A DNA stretch of 55,178 nucleotides from Deltaproteobacteria bacterium (GCA_016874915.1 VGSW01000003.1:1-55178); one strand, 5' to 3'. Shown: positions 29,104-40,361, counted from the stretch's first letter. A program made the numbers and translations. The notes: generated from the sequence alone by a model not told the origin.

Positions 29104-29505
29104 ATGGAAAAAAGACCAGCATCGCTTCTACTTATCATTCTTGTTGGGGTTATCGGAATCAGCCTGCTTGGCTGTGCAGGAAGACCGACCGTCACGGCTC
29201 CAGCCAAGACCCTGCCTGAAATGCTCAGGGAGGCAGGTTTCAAGGTGTATGCTGCGGATACGCCCCAAGAAATGGCCTATCTTCAAACCTGCCCAAGAGA
29301 TACGCTAATGATTCATGAGCGGCCGGGCGCCAGGTGTTACGCATTTTCAGATCCGACTTCGAAGTCCATGTACATCGGGGATGAAGCGGCGTACCGGCGC
29401 TTTAGTGACCTCTTGGAACAGAGAGAGCAAAAGATCATGGAACAGAGGATAGAAAATGATCCGCAGTTTTGGCTTCTCTGGAGAACCCGTTGGGGAGGTG
29501 GTTAA
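29104..29505 (+). CDS. Hypothetical lipoprotein
   Basis: GGAGG RBS, lipobox LLGC. Confidence 0.75.
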   Translation: MEKRPASLLLIILVGVIGISLLGCAGRPTVTAPAKTLPEMLREAGFKVYAADTPQEMAYLQTCPRDTLMIHERPGARCYAFSDPTSKSMYIGDEAAYRRFSDLLEQREQKIMEQRIENDPQFWLLWRTRWGGG

Positions 29506-29647
29506 TGTTTGCCGAAAAACCGACTGACAACTCCAGGGGATGAAAACGCAACTGGCAGAAATCAAAGCCCGGTTGGAGAGCCAAAGAAAATGACCGATTG
29601 ATTTCGGGCGCCGAATTCTCTTGCGATTCCGAAAGGGGGAAGGGATC

Positions 29648-32428
29648 ATGCCCGTTCCTGATGAAGCTCAAACAGCAGCGGCAGAACGGCCATATTATAC
29701 GCTGCCTTCTGAGCAAGTGTTGTCGATCTTCGACACCGGCCCCGCCGGCCTGAGCGCCGTCGAGGCCCGGGAGCGCCTGGACAAATATGGTCCCAACGAG
29801 CTCACCCCGCCGAAAAAAATCTCTCCCTGGGTCATCTTTTTCCGGCAGTTCCAGAACCTCCTCATCCTTATCCTGATCGCGGCCACCGGCATCTCCTTCT
29901 TCCTGGGGGAACACCTGGACGCCTACGTCATCCTGGTGATCATCCTGGCCTGCACTATCCTGGGGTTCGTCCAGGAGTACCGGGCCGAGCAGGCGGCCGC
30001 GGCTCTTCAGAAACTGGCGGCACCCGAGGCTACGGTACTCCGGGAGGGTCTGGAACAGATCATTCCCGCCCGGGAGGTGGTCCCCGGTGATGTGCTGGTC
30101 TTGCATACCGGCGATAAGGTGGCCGCCGACGGCCGCTTGCTGGAAGCCATCAACCTCAAGAACGACGAATCCCTCCTCACCGGGGAATCTACCTCGGTCA
30201 GCAAAGCAACGGACCCGCTCCCCCAGCCACCCGTGCCGGTGGCCGATCAGAAAAACATGGTCTTCGGCGGCACGGTCGTTACCTACGGCCGGGGCCGGGC
30301 GGTGGTGACGGCCACCGCTATGGACACCGAGTTTGGCGGCATCGCCCGCATGCTGGGGGAGGTGGTTCAGGAGAAGACCCCCCTGGAGGCCCGCATGGCC
30401 TCCATCGGCCTGGTCTTGAGCATCCTGTGCCTGTCGGTGAGCGCGGGCGCCATAGTTTTCGGCGTCATCCGCGGCCATAACTGGCTGCAAATGCTCATCT
30501 GGGGCATCAGCCTGGCGGTGGCCGCGGTGCCGGAAGCGCTGCCCGCCGTGGTAACCGGAGCCCTGGCCATCGGCACCACCCGCATGGCTCGCCGCAAGGC
30601 CATCGTCAAACGCCTGCCGGCCGTGGAAACCATGGGTTGCACCACGGTGATCTGCACCGATAAGACCGGCACCCTCACGAAAAATGAAATGACCGTGCGC
30701 CGGCTTTTCCTGGATAACCGGGAGCTTGCGGTGAGCGGCCTGGGATATGAGCCCGAAGGCGGCTTTTTCATAGAAGGGAGCGAAATTGCCCCGGGGGATG
30801 ACCCGGTCCTGCAGGAAGCCAGCCGCATTGCCATGCTGTGCAACGACGCCGTCTTAACGGAAACGGTGGAGGGGGCCTGGACCATCCAGGGCGACCCCAC
30901 CGAGGGGGCCCTGGTGGTGCTGGGCCGTAAAGCCGGACTCCATGAAGCGGTGTTGGCCCGGGATTACCCCCGGGGGGCGGAAATTCCCTTCGACTCGGAA
31001 CGGAAGCGCATGACCACCTTTCATCAAGGTCCAGACGGCATCCTGGCCTGCGTCAAGGGAGCACCAGAAAGCCTGCTGGTCCGCTGCACCCGTATGTTGT
31101 CCGGTTTTGGCGAGAGGCCCTGCGAGAAGCCCTTGAGTGAGGGAAATCGCCAGGTAATTATGGAAGAAGCCGCGCACATGGCCGGGGAGGCATTGAGGGT
31201 CCTGGGACTGGCTTACCGTAGATTGGAATCGATCCCGGGGTCGCCTTCCGAAGAGATGGAGACGGATTTGGTATGGCTGGGGCTGGTGGGAATGATGGAC
31301 CCGCCCCGTTCCGAGGCCAAAGAAGCCGTGAGCAAATGCCATCAGGCGGGCATCCGGGTGATCATGGTCACCGGGGATCATCCGGACACCGCCCTGGCCA
31401 TTGCCCGGGAACTCGGGCTGGTCCCTCCGGGGCAGGCAAAAGCCGCGGTGCTGACCGGGGCCGACCTGTCCCGCTTGAGCGACGAAGAATTATCCATGGT
31501 TTTACCCCAAGCGCCGGTGTTTGCCCGGGTGGCCCCGGAGCACAAGCTGCGTCTGGTAAACCTCCTGAAGGGCCAGGGGGAAATAGTGGCCATGACCGGA
31601 GACGGGGTTAACGACGCCCCGGCCTTAAAAAGGGCGGATATCGGGGTGGCCATGGGGATTACCGGCACCGAGGTCACCAAGGAGACCGCGGACATGATCC
31701 TGGCGGACGACAATTTCGCCACCCTGGTGGCCGCGGTGGAGGAAGGCCGAGCCATCTTCGACAACATCAAAAAATACCTTATCTTTTTGCTAAGTGCCAA
31801 CCTGGCCGAGATCACGGTGCTCACCGGCACCTTCTTCCTGGGGATGCCCCTGCCCCTGGTGGCCCTGCAGATCCTCTGGGTGAACCTCACCACCGACGGC
31901 CTTCCCGCCCTGGCCCTGGGAGTGGACCCCAAGGCCCCGGATATCATGGCGCGGCCTCCACGCCCGCCGGAAGAAGGGGTATTCACCAGATCGGTGATCG
32001 CCCTGATGGTGGTGATCACCGCCTATCTCACCGTGGGCCTGATTCCGCTCTTCCACCACTATTACCACGGCTACCTGGCGGTGATGGGGGACCCGGAGCT
32101 ATCCCTCACCCGGGCCCAGACCATGGTCTTCGTGACCCTGGTGCTGGCCGAACTGGTGATTGCCTTCAATTGCCGCTCGGAATATCACTCCCTGTTTACT
32201 GTAGGAGTTCTCGCCAACCGTTTTCTGCTCCTCGCCACCCTCATCTCCCTGGGCATGGTGGTGGTGGTGGTCCAGTGGCCTCCCCTGGCTCGCCTCTTCC
32301 ACGCCGTGCCCCTGGGCTGGAAAGAATGGCTCTTCGCCGCGTTCCTGGCTTTTCTGCTCCTCCCGGTGGTGGAAGTGACCAAGTGGCTGATCCGGCAGGG
32401 GGCCAGGCGCATGGCCGTAGGATCATAA
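29648..32428 (+). CDS. Cation-transporting P2A-type (Ca2+-like) ATPase
   Basis: YGPNEL, LTGES, VPEALP, CTDKTGT, GDPTE, FDSERKRM, KGAPE, TGDGVND, QILWVNLTTD. Confidence 0.93.
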   Translation: MPVPDEAQTAAAERPYYTLPSEQVLSIFDTGPAGLSAVEARERLDKYGPNELTPPKKISPWVIFFRQFQNLLILILIAATGISFFLGEHLDAYVILVIILACTILGFVQEYRAEQAAAALQKLAAPEATVLREGLEQIIPAREVVPGDVLVLHTGDKVAADGRLLEAINLKNDESLLTGESTSVSKATDPLPQPPVPVADQKNMVFGGTVVTYGRGRAVVTATAMDTEFGGIARMLGEVVQEKTPLEARMASIGLVLSILCLSVSAGAIVFGVIRGHNWLQMLIWGISLAVAAVPEALPAVVTGALAIGTTRMARRKAIVKRLPAVETMGCTTVICTDKTGTLTKNEMTVRRLFLDNRELAVSGLGYEPEGGFFIEGSEIAPGDDPVLQEASRIAMLCNDAVLTETVEGAWTIQGDPTEGALVVLGRKAGLHEAVLARDYPRGAEIPFDSERKRMTTFHQGPDGILACVKGAPESLLVRCTRMLSGFGERPCEKPLSEGNRQVIMEEAAHMAGEALRVLGLAYRRLESIPGSPSEEMETDLVWLGLVGMMDPPRSEAKEAVSKCHQAGIRVIMVTGDHPDTALAIARELGLVPPGQAKAAVLTGADLSRLSDEELSMVLPQAPVFARVAPEHKLRLVNLLKGQGEIVAMTGDGVNDAPALKRADIGVAMGITGTEVTKETADMILADDNFATLVAAVEEGRAIFDNIKKYLIFLLSANLAEITVLTGTFFLGMPLPLVALQILWVNLTTDGLPALALGVDPKAPDIMARPPRPPEEGVFTRSVIALMVVITAYLTVGLIPLFHHYYHGYLAVMGDPELSLTRAQTMVFVTLVLAELVIAFNCRSEYHSLFTVGVLANRFLLLATLISLGMVVVVVQWPPLARLFHAVPLGWKEWLFAAFLAFLLLPVVEVTKWLIRQGARRMAVGS

Positions 32429-32501
32429 AAGCAAGGGGTGCTGTCAGCAAAAAGCCCTGGAGCGATTTCAAAATGTTTATGCCGCATAATTAGGAGGCTT
32501 T

Positions 32502-32822
32502 ATGTTATCTAAGAAGATACTGTTTATAATTATTGCAATAATGTCGCTATTGATTGGGTGTTATACTTCAAGAGAGGGTTATGTAAGCGCACATCCTGAA
32601 TTAAATCCAAAAATTAAAGAAGCGATCTTAAAAGGAGAAGTTCTTGAAGGCATGACAGAGGAAGAAGTAAAAGCAAGTCGGGGAACTCCTGCTCAAATTG
32701 TCAAAGGTACTGAAGGAGAGTTCTATTATGTGTATATGAGACCCGGCGGCAGGTTGACTCACTCGCATGATGTTGTTGTATTCGATAAAAACGGGAGAGT
32801 AATTAGTTCCGGGCCAAGATGA
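32502..32822 (+). CDS. Small lipoprotein (SmpA/OmlA-like GMTxEEV motif), AT-rich
   Basis: Lipobox LIGC, GMTEEEVKASRGTP, VVFDKNGRV. Confidence 0.7.
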   Translation: MLSKKILFIIIAIMSLLIGCYTSREGYVSAHPELNPKIKEAILKGEVLEGMTEEEVKASRGTPAQIVKGTEGEFYYVYMRPGGRLTHSHDVVVFDKNGRVISSGPR

Positions 32823-32974
32823 TGAGTTTTTTTCATTATAATGGCTGATCCGAAAGTTGCCAGGTGCATAGCTATAAGCTCTTATGAGAGAAGGGAATTT
32901 TAGAGCATATTTACCTGGATGAGAGAGATTCCCAGGTCTCTGAATTCAACATAATGAAAAGGAGGGCAGGAAAG

Positions 32975-33295
32975 ATGAAGCGGAAGTTGTTGGTCGGAGT
33001 GTTGGTTGTAGTGGTTGGGGTGTTGTTTGCCGTTTCCGGGGCTATGGCCGCCAAATTGATTTGCATTTCCCATCAGGACATCAAGGGAGAGATGTCGGTA
33101 AACAAATGCCTGGAAAAAGGGATGGAATTCGCGGTCATCGATGCCAATGGATTTGTCCGTGTCCTGACGCCTCGGGAAATCGAGTTGACTAAAAAGATCA
33201 ACCCCAAAGCCTTTGAAATCCCGGGATATGGCTTGAAACACCTCCGTGTTGCCCCGGAAATCCCGCCCCTCCCTGTTCATCCAGAGATTCAATAA
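32975..33295 (+). CDS. Hypothetical exported protein
   Basis: GGAGG upstream, signal peptide ending AMA, two Cys. Confidence 0.7.
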   Translation: MKRKLLVGVLVVVVGVLFAVSGAMAAKLICISHQDIKGEMSVNKCLEKGMEFAVIDANGFVRVLTPREIELTKKINPKAFEIPGYGLKHLRVAPEIPPLPVHPEIQ

Positions 33296-33377
33296 GTCGA
33301 AAGTTACGGGTTTGCCAATGGGGGGAGCCAGGAGGACAATCAAATTTTCTAAATACCAAGCAAAGCAAGGAGACGCA

Positions 33378-33584
33378 ATGGCAATAAGAATTCCCAAGGT
33401 TGACGCAGACTGCTGCCTGGCCTGCGGCAACTGTGAGGCGGTATGCCCGGAAGTCTTCCGCCTCAACGAGGCCTTGGGCTACTCGGAAGTGATTAACCCC
33501 CGAGGCGCTTCGGAGGAGCGGATTCAGGACGCCATGGACCAGTGTCCGGCCCAGTGCATAGATTGGGAGGAAGGGGAATCCTGA
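33378..33584 (+). CDS. Monocluster ferredoxin
   Basis: CLACGNCEAVCPEVF...CPAQCI, AAGGAG RBS. Confidence 0.9.
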   Translation: MAIRIPKVDADCCLACGNCEAVCPEVFRLNEALGYSEVINPRGASEERIQDAMDQCPAQCIDWEEGES

Positions 33585-33729
33585 AGTGGCAAAACTATAT
33601 CTGCCCGGTTTGGCAACACTCCAGCTCCTGGAGCGATTGCGCCGGTAATCATAAGGAAGTGCAAAATTTTGCCATGAGGTTACTTCGAGAGCGGGCGCTA
33701 TACCGGCGCAGCGGTTAAAGGAGGTCCCT

Positions 33730-33888
33730 ATGTGGAGAAGGATCGTATTCTTACTGTTGAATCGGCCTGTTAACCGCCGGGACGGTTATTTCCTGTGCGG
33801 AAAGACCTGGACCACGAGATTTGATGGAAGAACGATCTGATATGAACAACAACGACTTCAAAAAGTAATCCAGCAGCAAAGCGGATAA
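33730..33888 (+). pseudogene. Frameshifted copy of the 28601 lipoprotein
   Basis: Same GGAGGTCCCTATGTGGAGAAG start; two frameshifts relative to 28601-28759. Confidence 0.7.
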
Positions 33889-34030
33889 CCAAGGTGTGGG
33901 ATTTATCCGCAGTTTCGCTTTGGAAGCGGAGATAATGGCGAGCAAAGCCGGAGGTAATAAGACTGGAAAAGCATTAAAAATGCCTTTACTATGAGGTCAA
34001 AGCTAAATTAATTCGCCGGGGGGAAAGGGG

Positions 34031-35356
34031 ATGGAGTGCAAGCGGCGTGCTTCCGGAGTGGCATTGCTTTTTTTACTCGGCTTGTTTGGGGTCTTAAGTC
34101 CGGTGCATTCGCTTTGGGCTCAGAGCAACGCGAACCTGCCGGCTGATTTACAATCCCTGATTGCCGAAGCCCTGAAGGCGAACCCGGAGATCAGGCAAAT
34201 GGCCGAGCTCAGGAATGCCTCCCGAGAGACCATCCGCTCCGCCGGGGCCCTGGACGACCCCGAAATCTCCTTCACCTTGAAAGATATTCCCACGGACACT
34301 TGGGGCTTCAACCGGGAGAGCATGACTCAGAAAATGCTCGAGGCGTCTCAAAAGCTCCCCCTTCCCGGCAAAAGGCGCCTGCGGTCGGAAGCTGCCGCCG
34401 AGCAGAACCGGTCGGATGATTTCTCCTACAAGGACAAGGTCAACGAAATCAGGGCCAAGATGGGGATGGCCTATTGGGGATTGTCATTGGCCCATGTCGC
34501 TTTCGATATCACCGAAAAAAACAAAAACCTCTGGGAACAAACGGTCAAAGTGACGGAAACCAGGTACCGCGTGGGCCAGGGGATGCAGGCCGACGTAATT
34601 CAGGCCCAGGTGGAACTGGGCAACTACCTGGATCGCCTGTTGCAATGGCGGCAGCGCCAGGAGTCCTTCAGGGCGGATATAAACGCCTTGCGTTCCCAGC
34701 CCCCAAATGCACCCGTCGTCCAGCCGCAACCCTTGAGGCCCCGTCCTTTCCCGATCAAATTAGAGCATCTGCTGGCTATGGCCGAAGCCCGTCCCCAACT
34801 CCAGGCCCTGAAAGCCCTGGTGGCCAAACAGGAGAAAATGGTGGACCTGGCCAGAAAAGATTACTATCCGGATGCCAAAATATCCTTAGCCTACGGCCTT
34901 CGGGACACCCTGGCTCCCCCCGTAAATCAGAAACAGGCGGATATGTTCACCTCCTCGGTTATGTTCAATGTCCCTATTTGGTGGGAGTCCAAGATTAAAC
35001 CTCGCATCAGGGAAGAACAGGCCCGGACCGGCGCGGCCCGGGAAGCCCATCAATCCGCCTGGAATCAACTGAGCGCAATGATTAAGGATCGATATGCCAA
35101 ATTGCAGCGCCTGGCTCAACAGATAAATCTGTACGATCATGACATTGTCCCCCAGGCCAGGCAGGCGGTGGAGTCCTCTCTGGCCTCCTACCAAGTGGGG
35201 GCCCTGGCTTTCGCCCAACTCTATCAGAACCAGATCGCGGTTTATAATGCCGAACTGATGCTCCAGGAATACTTGCGGGATTTCGAAGAGAACTGGGCCG
35301 AATTGGAATGGCTGGTGGGGGAAGAGTTGCCTCGCCGGCCGGAGGTAAGGAAATGA
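34031..35356 (+). CDS. TolC/CusC-family outer membrane efflux protein
   Basis: EALKANPEI, SQKLPLPGKRRL, YRVG, DYYPD, YQVG; heads the RND operon. Confidence 0.88.
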   Translation: MECKRRASGVALLFLLGLFGVLSPVHSLWAQSNANLPADLQSLIAEALKANPEIRQMAELRNASRETIRSAGALDDPEISFTLKDIPTDTWGFNRESMTQKMLEASQKLPLPGKRRLRSEAAAEQNRSDDFSYKDKVNEIRAKMGMAYWGLSLAHVAFDITEKNKNLWEQTVKVTETRYRVGQGMQADVIQAQVELGNYLDRLLQWRQRQESFRADINALRSQPPNAPVVQPQPLRPRPFPIKLEHLLAMAEARPQLQALKALVAKQEKMVDLARKDYYPDAKISLAYGLRDTLAPPVNQKQADMFTSSVMFNVPIWWESKIKPRIREEQARTGAAREAHQSAWNQLSAMIKDRYAKLQRLAQQINLYDHDIVPQARQAVESSLASYQVGALAFAQLYQNQIAVYNAELMLQEYLRDFEENWAELEWLVGEELPRRPEVRK

Positions 35357-36696
35357 ACGTCCGCCGCTTTTTGCCAGGTTTGGTTCTAGGCCTGATCATC
35401 TTGCTGATCGCCGGAGGCCTTGTCTACTGGCGGGGTTACCGCCTGATGCAGCACGCCGCCGCCCCCGGTCCTCCGGCTCCGGCTCCTGAAGCCAAGGAGG
35501 GCCGGAAAATCAAGTATTGGGTCTCCCCCATGGATCCCAAAATTATCTCGGATAAGCCAGGCAAAGACCCTATGGGCATGGATTTCAAGCCGGTTTATGA
35601 AGAGGTGGGACCAGCCATGGCGCCCGGTACCATCGCGGTGGACCCCAACACCCTCCAGTCCATCGGGGTCCGCACCGCCAAGGTGGAAGTTCGCCCCCTG
35701 TCCCGGGTAATCCGGGCGGTGGGCAAAGTGGTATATGACGAGCGCCAGCTTTCCGTGGTCAACACCAAGGTGGACGGCTGGGTAACCCGCCTCTTTATCA
35801 AGATCACCGGAGAGCCGGTGCGCAAGGGGCAGAAGCTCGTCAGCATCTATAGCCGGGAGCTGGTGCCGGCCCAACGGGAGTATTTACTCGCTTTGAGAAA
35901 TCTCAAAACCGTGGGCAAGAGTTCGTTTCCGGAAATGGCTGAAGGGGCCCGTCGCCTGGCGGAGGCTTCTCGCGTGCGCCTGGAGTATTTCGACATCACA
36001 CCTTCCCAGATCGCCGAACTGGAGAAAACCGGCCAAGTGAAGAAGGAACTCACCTTAACTTCGCCAGTACACGGCATTGTCACCGAGCGGATGGTGACCG
36101 AGGGCCAGTTCGTCATGGCCGGCATGACCCTGCTGAAGGTGGCGGACCTCTCCACTGTCTGGGTGGAGGCGGATATTTATCAATATGAGCTTCCCTGGGT
36201 GGAGGTGGGTCAGCGGGCCGAGATGACCTTGAATTATATTCCGGGAGAAACGTTTCACGGCACCATCGAATATCTTTACCCCTATCTAAAGGGGATGACC
36301 CGCACCGCCAAAGTGCGCCTGAAATTCCCCAATCCCCGGATCAAGTTCAAACCGGAGATGTTCGCCCAGGTGGAGATCAAGTCCCCTCTGAAGCCTATGG
36401 TGGTCGCGGTGCCCACGGAGGCCGTGCTGGACACCGGGGAAAAGCAGCATGTCTTCGTGGCCTTGGGACAGGGCCGGTTCCAGCCCCGGGAAGTGAAGCT
36501 GGGAGTCCAGGGAACTGATCGGCTGGTGCAGGTACTCTCCGGACTAAAAGAGGGCGAAGAAGTGGTCACGTCGGCCCATTTCCTGCTGGATTCGGAATCC
36601 CGCTTCCGGGAGGCCGCGGCCAAATTCCTGGGAGCCCAAGAGCCGGGAAAGGAGGGGGCGCCACCGGCGGCGCCCCCGGCGCACTTGAAGCACTAA
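35353..36696 (+). CDS. cusB: CusB-family periplasmic adaptor
   Basis: YWVSPMDP..PGKDPMGMD, SPVHG, ADLSTVWVEA, KPEMF, FLLDSES. Confidence 0.88.
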   Translation: MNVRRFLPGLVLGLIILLIAGGLVYWRGYRLMQHAAAPGPPAPAPEAKEGRKIKYWVSPMDPKIISDKPGKDPMGMDFKPVYEEVGPAMAPGTIAVDPNTLQSIGVRTAKVEVRPLSRVIRAVGKVVYDERQLSVVNTKVDGWVTRLFIKITGEPVRKGQKLVSIYSRELVPAQREYLLALRNLKTVGKSSFPEMAEGARRLAEASRVRLEYFDITPSQIAELEKTGQVKKELTLTSPVHGIVTERMVTEGQFVMAGMTLLKVADLSTVWVEADIYQYELPWVEVGQRAEMTLNYIPGETFHGTIEYLYPYLKGMTRTAKVRLKFPNPRIKFKPEMFAQVEIKSPLKPMVVAVPTEAVLDTGEKQHVFVALGQGRFQPREVKLGVQGTDRLVQVLSGLKEGEEVVTSAHFLLDSESRFREAAAKFLGAQEPGKEGAPPAAPPAHLKH

Positions 36697-36745
36697 GATT
36701 TGACAGCCTTGTCCTATTCTCTAAATGACGCAATAAGGTACCGCC

Positions 36746-39700
36746 ATGATTGAAAAACTTATCGAGGCCTGCGTTCGCAATCGCTTTTTGGTCATACTCG
36801 TCTGGCTCCTGATCGCCGCCTGGGGGATTTATACCACCTATAACATGCCCATCGACGCCATTCCCGACATTTCCGACGTCCAGGTCATCATCCTCACTGA
36901 GTACCCCGGCCAGGCCCCCGAGGTGGTGGAGGCCCAGGTAACCTATCCCCTGACCACCACCATGCTGGCCGTACCCAACCGGAAGGTGGTGCGGGGTTTT
37001 TCCCAGTTCGGCTTTTCCATGGTGTACATCATCTTCGAGGACGGGACCGACATCTACTGGGCCCGTTCCCGGGTCCTGGAATACCTGAACTACATCCGAG
37101 AAAAACTGCCTCCCGGCGTAAGTCCCGCCCTGGGGCCGGACGCCACCGGCGTGGGCTGGGTCTATGAATACACCCTGGAAGATACCACCGGCCGCCACGA
37201 TCTCAGCCAGCTCCGCAGCATCCAGGACTGGTTTTTGCGGTATCAAATACAGTCGCTGGAGGGGGTGGCCGAGGTCGCCAGCGTGGGCGGGTTTGTCAAG
37301 CAGTACCAGGTGAAGGTGGACCCTAACACCCTGGCTGCTTACAACATTCCTCTTTCAAAAGTGCGGACGGCCATCCAGATGTCCAACCAGGACGAGGGGG
37401 GCCGGTCCATCGAGAAGGCCGAAACCGAATACATCGTGGTGGGCCGGGGTTATATCAAGACCGTAGCCGACGTGGAAAACATCGTGGTGGGCACCGACGG
37501 CGAAGGGACTCCCATCCTGATTAAAGATATTGGGGCAGTGGAGCTCGGACCTGAACTGCGGCGGGGCGTGGCGGAGGCCAACGGCACCGGCGAAGTGGTG
37601 GGCGCCATCGTGGTCATGCGCTTCGGGCAAAATGCCCGGGCGGTCATTGACCGGGTGAAGGCGAAGTTGGCCGAGCTTCAAAAGAGTCTGCCTCCGGGGG
37701 TGCGCATCGTCACCGCCTATGACCGTGCCTCTCTCATTCAAAAATGCATCGATACCCTGAAGGAAGCGCTTACCGAAGAAACCATCATCGTGGGCCTGGT
37801 CTGCCTGGTTTTTCTGATGCACCTCAGGAGCGCCCTGGTGGCCATCATCAGCCTGCCCCTGGCGGTTCTGGTGTCTTTTATTCTCCAGTATCAATTCAAT
37901 ATCACCGCCAATCTTTTAAGTTTATCCGGAATCGCCCTGGCCCTGGGAGACATCACCGACGCCGCGGTGGTCATGGTGGAAAACGCCCACAAGCGCCTGG
38001 AAAAGGCCGCTCCCGGTGAAGAACGGGAATCCCTGGTCCTGGAGGCCGCCAAGGAGGTGGGTCCCTCCCTCTTCTTCTCCCTCCTGGTCATCACGGTGTC
38101 TTTTTTGCCCATCTTCGCCCTGACCGGGGAGAGCGGCAGGCTTTTCAAGCCCCTGGCCTACACCAAGACTTTTGCCATGGCCGGCGCCTCCATCCTGGCC
38201 GTTACCCTCACCCCGATTCTGATGGTCTTTCTGATCAAAGGGAAAATCCCTTCCGAGGCCCGAAACCCGGTAAACCGCTTTACCATGTTCCTTTACCGGC
38301 CGTTTTTGCGCCTGACCCTGCACTTCCCCAAAGCGTCCATCCTGGCGGCGGCCCTGATCCTGGCGGCCACTGTTTATCCCGCCCTGAAGCTGGGAAGCGA
38401 GTTCATGCCGCCCCTGGATGAGGGCGACCTGCTTTACATGCCCACCACCATGCCGGGCATTTCCATCACCGAAGCCAAGACCCTCCTGCAACAAACCGAC
38501 CGGATTCTGCGCACCTTTCCGGAAGTGGAATACGTCTTCGGTAAGGCGGGCCGGGCCGAGACCGCCACCGACCCGGCGCCTTTGAGCATGATTGAAACCA
38601 TCATCCGCCTCAAAGACCGCAAGGACTGGCGCCCGGGATATGACACCCCGCGCCTGATCCAGGAGATGGACGCGGCCATCAAGTTTCCCGGGGTGGCCAA
38701 CGCCTTCGTCTTTCCCATCCGCACCCGCATCGACATGCTGTCCACCGGCATCAAGACCCCGGTGGGGCTGAAAATTTTGGGACCCGATCTCAATGTCCTT
38801 AACCGTCTGGCGGAGGAAGCCGAGCCCATATTTAAAGAAGTCCCGAACACGGTCAGCGTCTTCTCCCAGCGGGTCACCGGCGGCTACTACCTGAACTTTG
38901 ACATTAACCGAAAGGAGGCCGCCCGGTACGGCCTCACCGTGGGTGACATTCAAGAAGTCATCGCCACCGCCCTGGGAGGCCGGAAAATTACCCAAACCGT
39001 GGAGGGGCTGGAGCGCTATCCCGTGAACCTCCGATATTTTCAGGACTACCGGCTGGATTTGCCGGAATTGCGCCGCATCCTCATACCCACCATGAACGGG
39101 GCCCAGATACCCATGGAGCAGGTGGCCGATATCCGGATCCAGATGGGCCCCCCGGAAATCACCAGCGAGGACGCCCGCCTGGCCGCCTGGATTTTCGTGG
39201 ATATCCGGGACATCGACGTGGGCAGTTACGTGCAAAAAGCGAAAGAGGCCATCCAGACCAAGTTGAAGCTGCCCCCGGGGTACACCCTGATCTGGAGCGG
39301 CCAGTTCGAATATATGGAGGAAGCCCGCAAAAGACTGCAAGTAGTGATTCCCGTCACCCTGGTCCTGGTCGTCATCCTGGTTTACCTGAATACCGGTTCG
39401 GTGAAGGAAACAGGGTTCATCCTCTTCACCTTGCCCTTTTCCTTTGTGAGCGCCATCTGGGGGCTATATTTATTGAAATACAATCTAAGCGTGGCGGTAA
39501 TGGTGGGATTTATCGCCCTGGGGGGCTTGGCCGCGGAAACGGGGGCCATCATGCTCTTGTTCCTGAACCTGTCATATGAGGAGGCCCAAAAAACCCGCCG
39601 GACCATGACCTGGGAGGACTTGCGGGAGTCGGTGATGAACGGGGCGGTGCTGCGCCTGCGCCCCCTGCTCATGACCGCCCTGGCCAACCTGTTCGGGTTG

Positions 39701-39856
39701 CTGCCCATCATGTGGAGCACCGGGGTGGGGGCCGAGGTGGCCAAGCGCATCGCCGCCCCCCTGGTAATCGGGGTAATCAGCGCCCTGGTTCTGGTTCTGT
39801 TTATTTACCCGTCCATTTATCTCTTGTGGAAGTGGCACGCGGAGGTGAAACGCTGA
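36746..39856 (+). CDS. cusA: CusA heavy-metal RND transporter
   Basis: DAIPDISDVQV, WARSRVLEYL, GPDATGVGWV, GSEFMPPLDEGDLLYMP, DPAPLSMIET, RIDMLSTG. Confidence 0.93.
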   Translation: MIEKLIEACVRNRFLVILVWLLIAAWGIYTTYNMPIDAIPDISDVQVIILTEYPGQAPEVVEAQVTYPLTTTMLAVPNRKVVRGFSQFGFSMVYIIFEDGTDIYWARSRVLEYLNYIREKLPPGVSPALGPDATGVGWVYEYTLEDTTGRHDLSQLRSIQDWFLRYQIQSLEGVAEVASVGGFVKQYQVKVDPNTLAAYNIPLSKVRTAIQMSNQDEGGRSIEKAETEYIVVGRGYIKTVADVENIVVGTDGEGTPILIKDIGAVELGPELRRGVAEANGTGEVVGAIVVMRFGQNARAVIDRVKAKLAELQKSLPPGVRIVTAYDRASLIQKCIDTLKEALTEETIIVGLVCLVFLMHLRSALVAIISLPLAVLVSFILQYQFNITANLLSLSGIALALGDITDAAVVMVENAHKRLEKAAPGEERESLVLEAAKEVGPSLFFSLLVITVSFLPIFALTGESGRLFKPLAYTKTFAMAGASILAVTLTPILMVFLIKGKIPSEARNPVNRFTMFLYRPFLRLTLHFPKASILAAALILAATVYPALKLGSEFMPPLDEGDLLYMPTTMPGISITEAKTLLQQTDRILRTFPEVEYVFGKAGRAETATDPAPLSMIETIIRLKDRKDWRPGYDTPRLIQEMDAAIKFPGVANAFVFPIRTRIDMLSTGIKTPVGLKILGPDLNVLNRLAEEAEPIFKEVPNTVSVFSQRVTGGYYLNFDINRKEAARYGLTVGDIQEVIATALGGRKITQTVEGLERYPVNLRYFQDYRLDLPELRRILIPTMNGAQIPMEQVADIRIQMGPPEITSEDARLAAWIFVDIRDIDVGSYVQKAKEAIQTKLKLPPGYTLIWSGQFEYMEEARKRLQVVIPVTLVLVVILVYLNTGSVKETGFILFTLPFSFVSAIWGLYLLKYNLSVAVMVGFIALGGLAAETGAIMLLFLNLSYEEAQKTRRTMTWEDLRESVMNGAVLRLRPLLMTALANLFGLLPIMWSTGVGAEVAKRIAAPLVIGVISALVLVLFIYPSIYLLWKWHAEVKR

Positions 39857-39947
39857 TTGGAGATGAGGAAGAGAAACAACGGCAATATTGTCCCGTGTTG
39901 TTCGGAAACCATCAAGCTGGAATTTTTATTTTCGGGGAGGACTGAAA

Positions 39948-40283
39948 GTGAGGACCATTGCTTCAAAGGCTCTGATCTTTTTCCTGGGTCTCACCTTTTT
40001 CTGGGGCGTCGCAGTTCAAGGAGCTTTCGGTAGTGGGCAGAATCTTTATAAGGACAAGTGCGCGATTTGCCACGGGATAAACGGAGATGGAAAGGGACCA
40101 GGCGCCGGCTCTTTCACCCCCCGGCCCACCGATTTCACCACGCCCAGGTTCTGGGAAGGCAACTATGAAAGAAACATCGCCAATTCCATTAAAAAGGGCT
40201 TTCGGGAAATGCCTGCCATTCCCATGAGCGACGCGGAAATCAAAGCTGTTGTCGACTACATGGTCAAATCATTCAAGAAATGA
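39948..40283 (+). CDS. Small periplasmic monoheme cytochrome c
   Basis: GGAGG RBS and GTG start, signal peptide, CAICHG, distal MPA. Confidence 0.85.
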   Translation: MRTIASKALIFFLGLTFFWGVAVQGAFGSGQNLYKDKCAICHGINGDGKGPGAGSFTPRPTDFTTPRFWEGNYERNIANSIKKGFREMPAIPMSDAEIKAVVDYMVKSFKK

Positions 40284-40361
40284 CAAAAAGCCCCGTTGTT
40301 TGGCAGGGACAAGGAAAAGCTTTTTCCTCAGCTCGGTAGGTCTTTTAGTATGGAGGAGAAA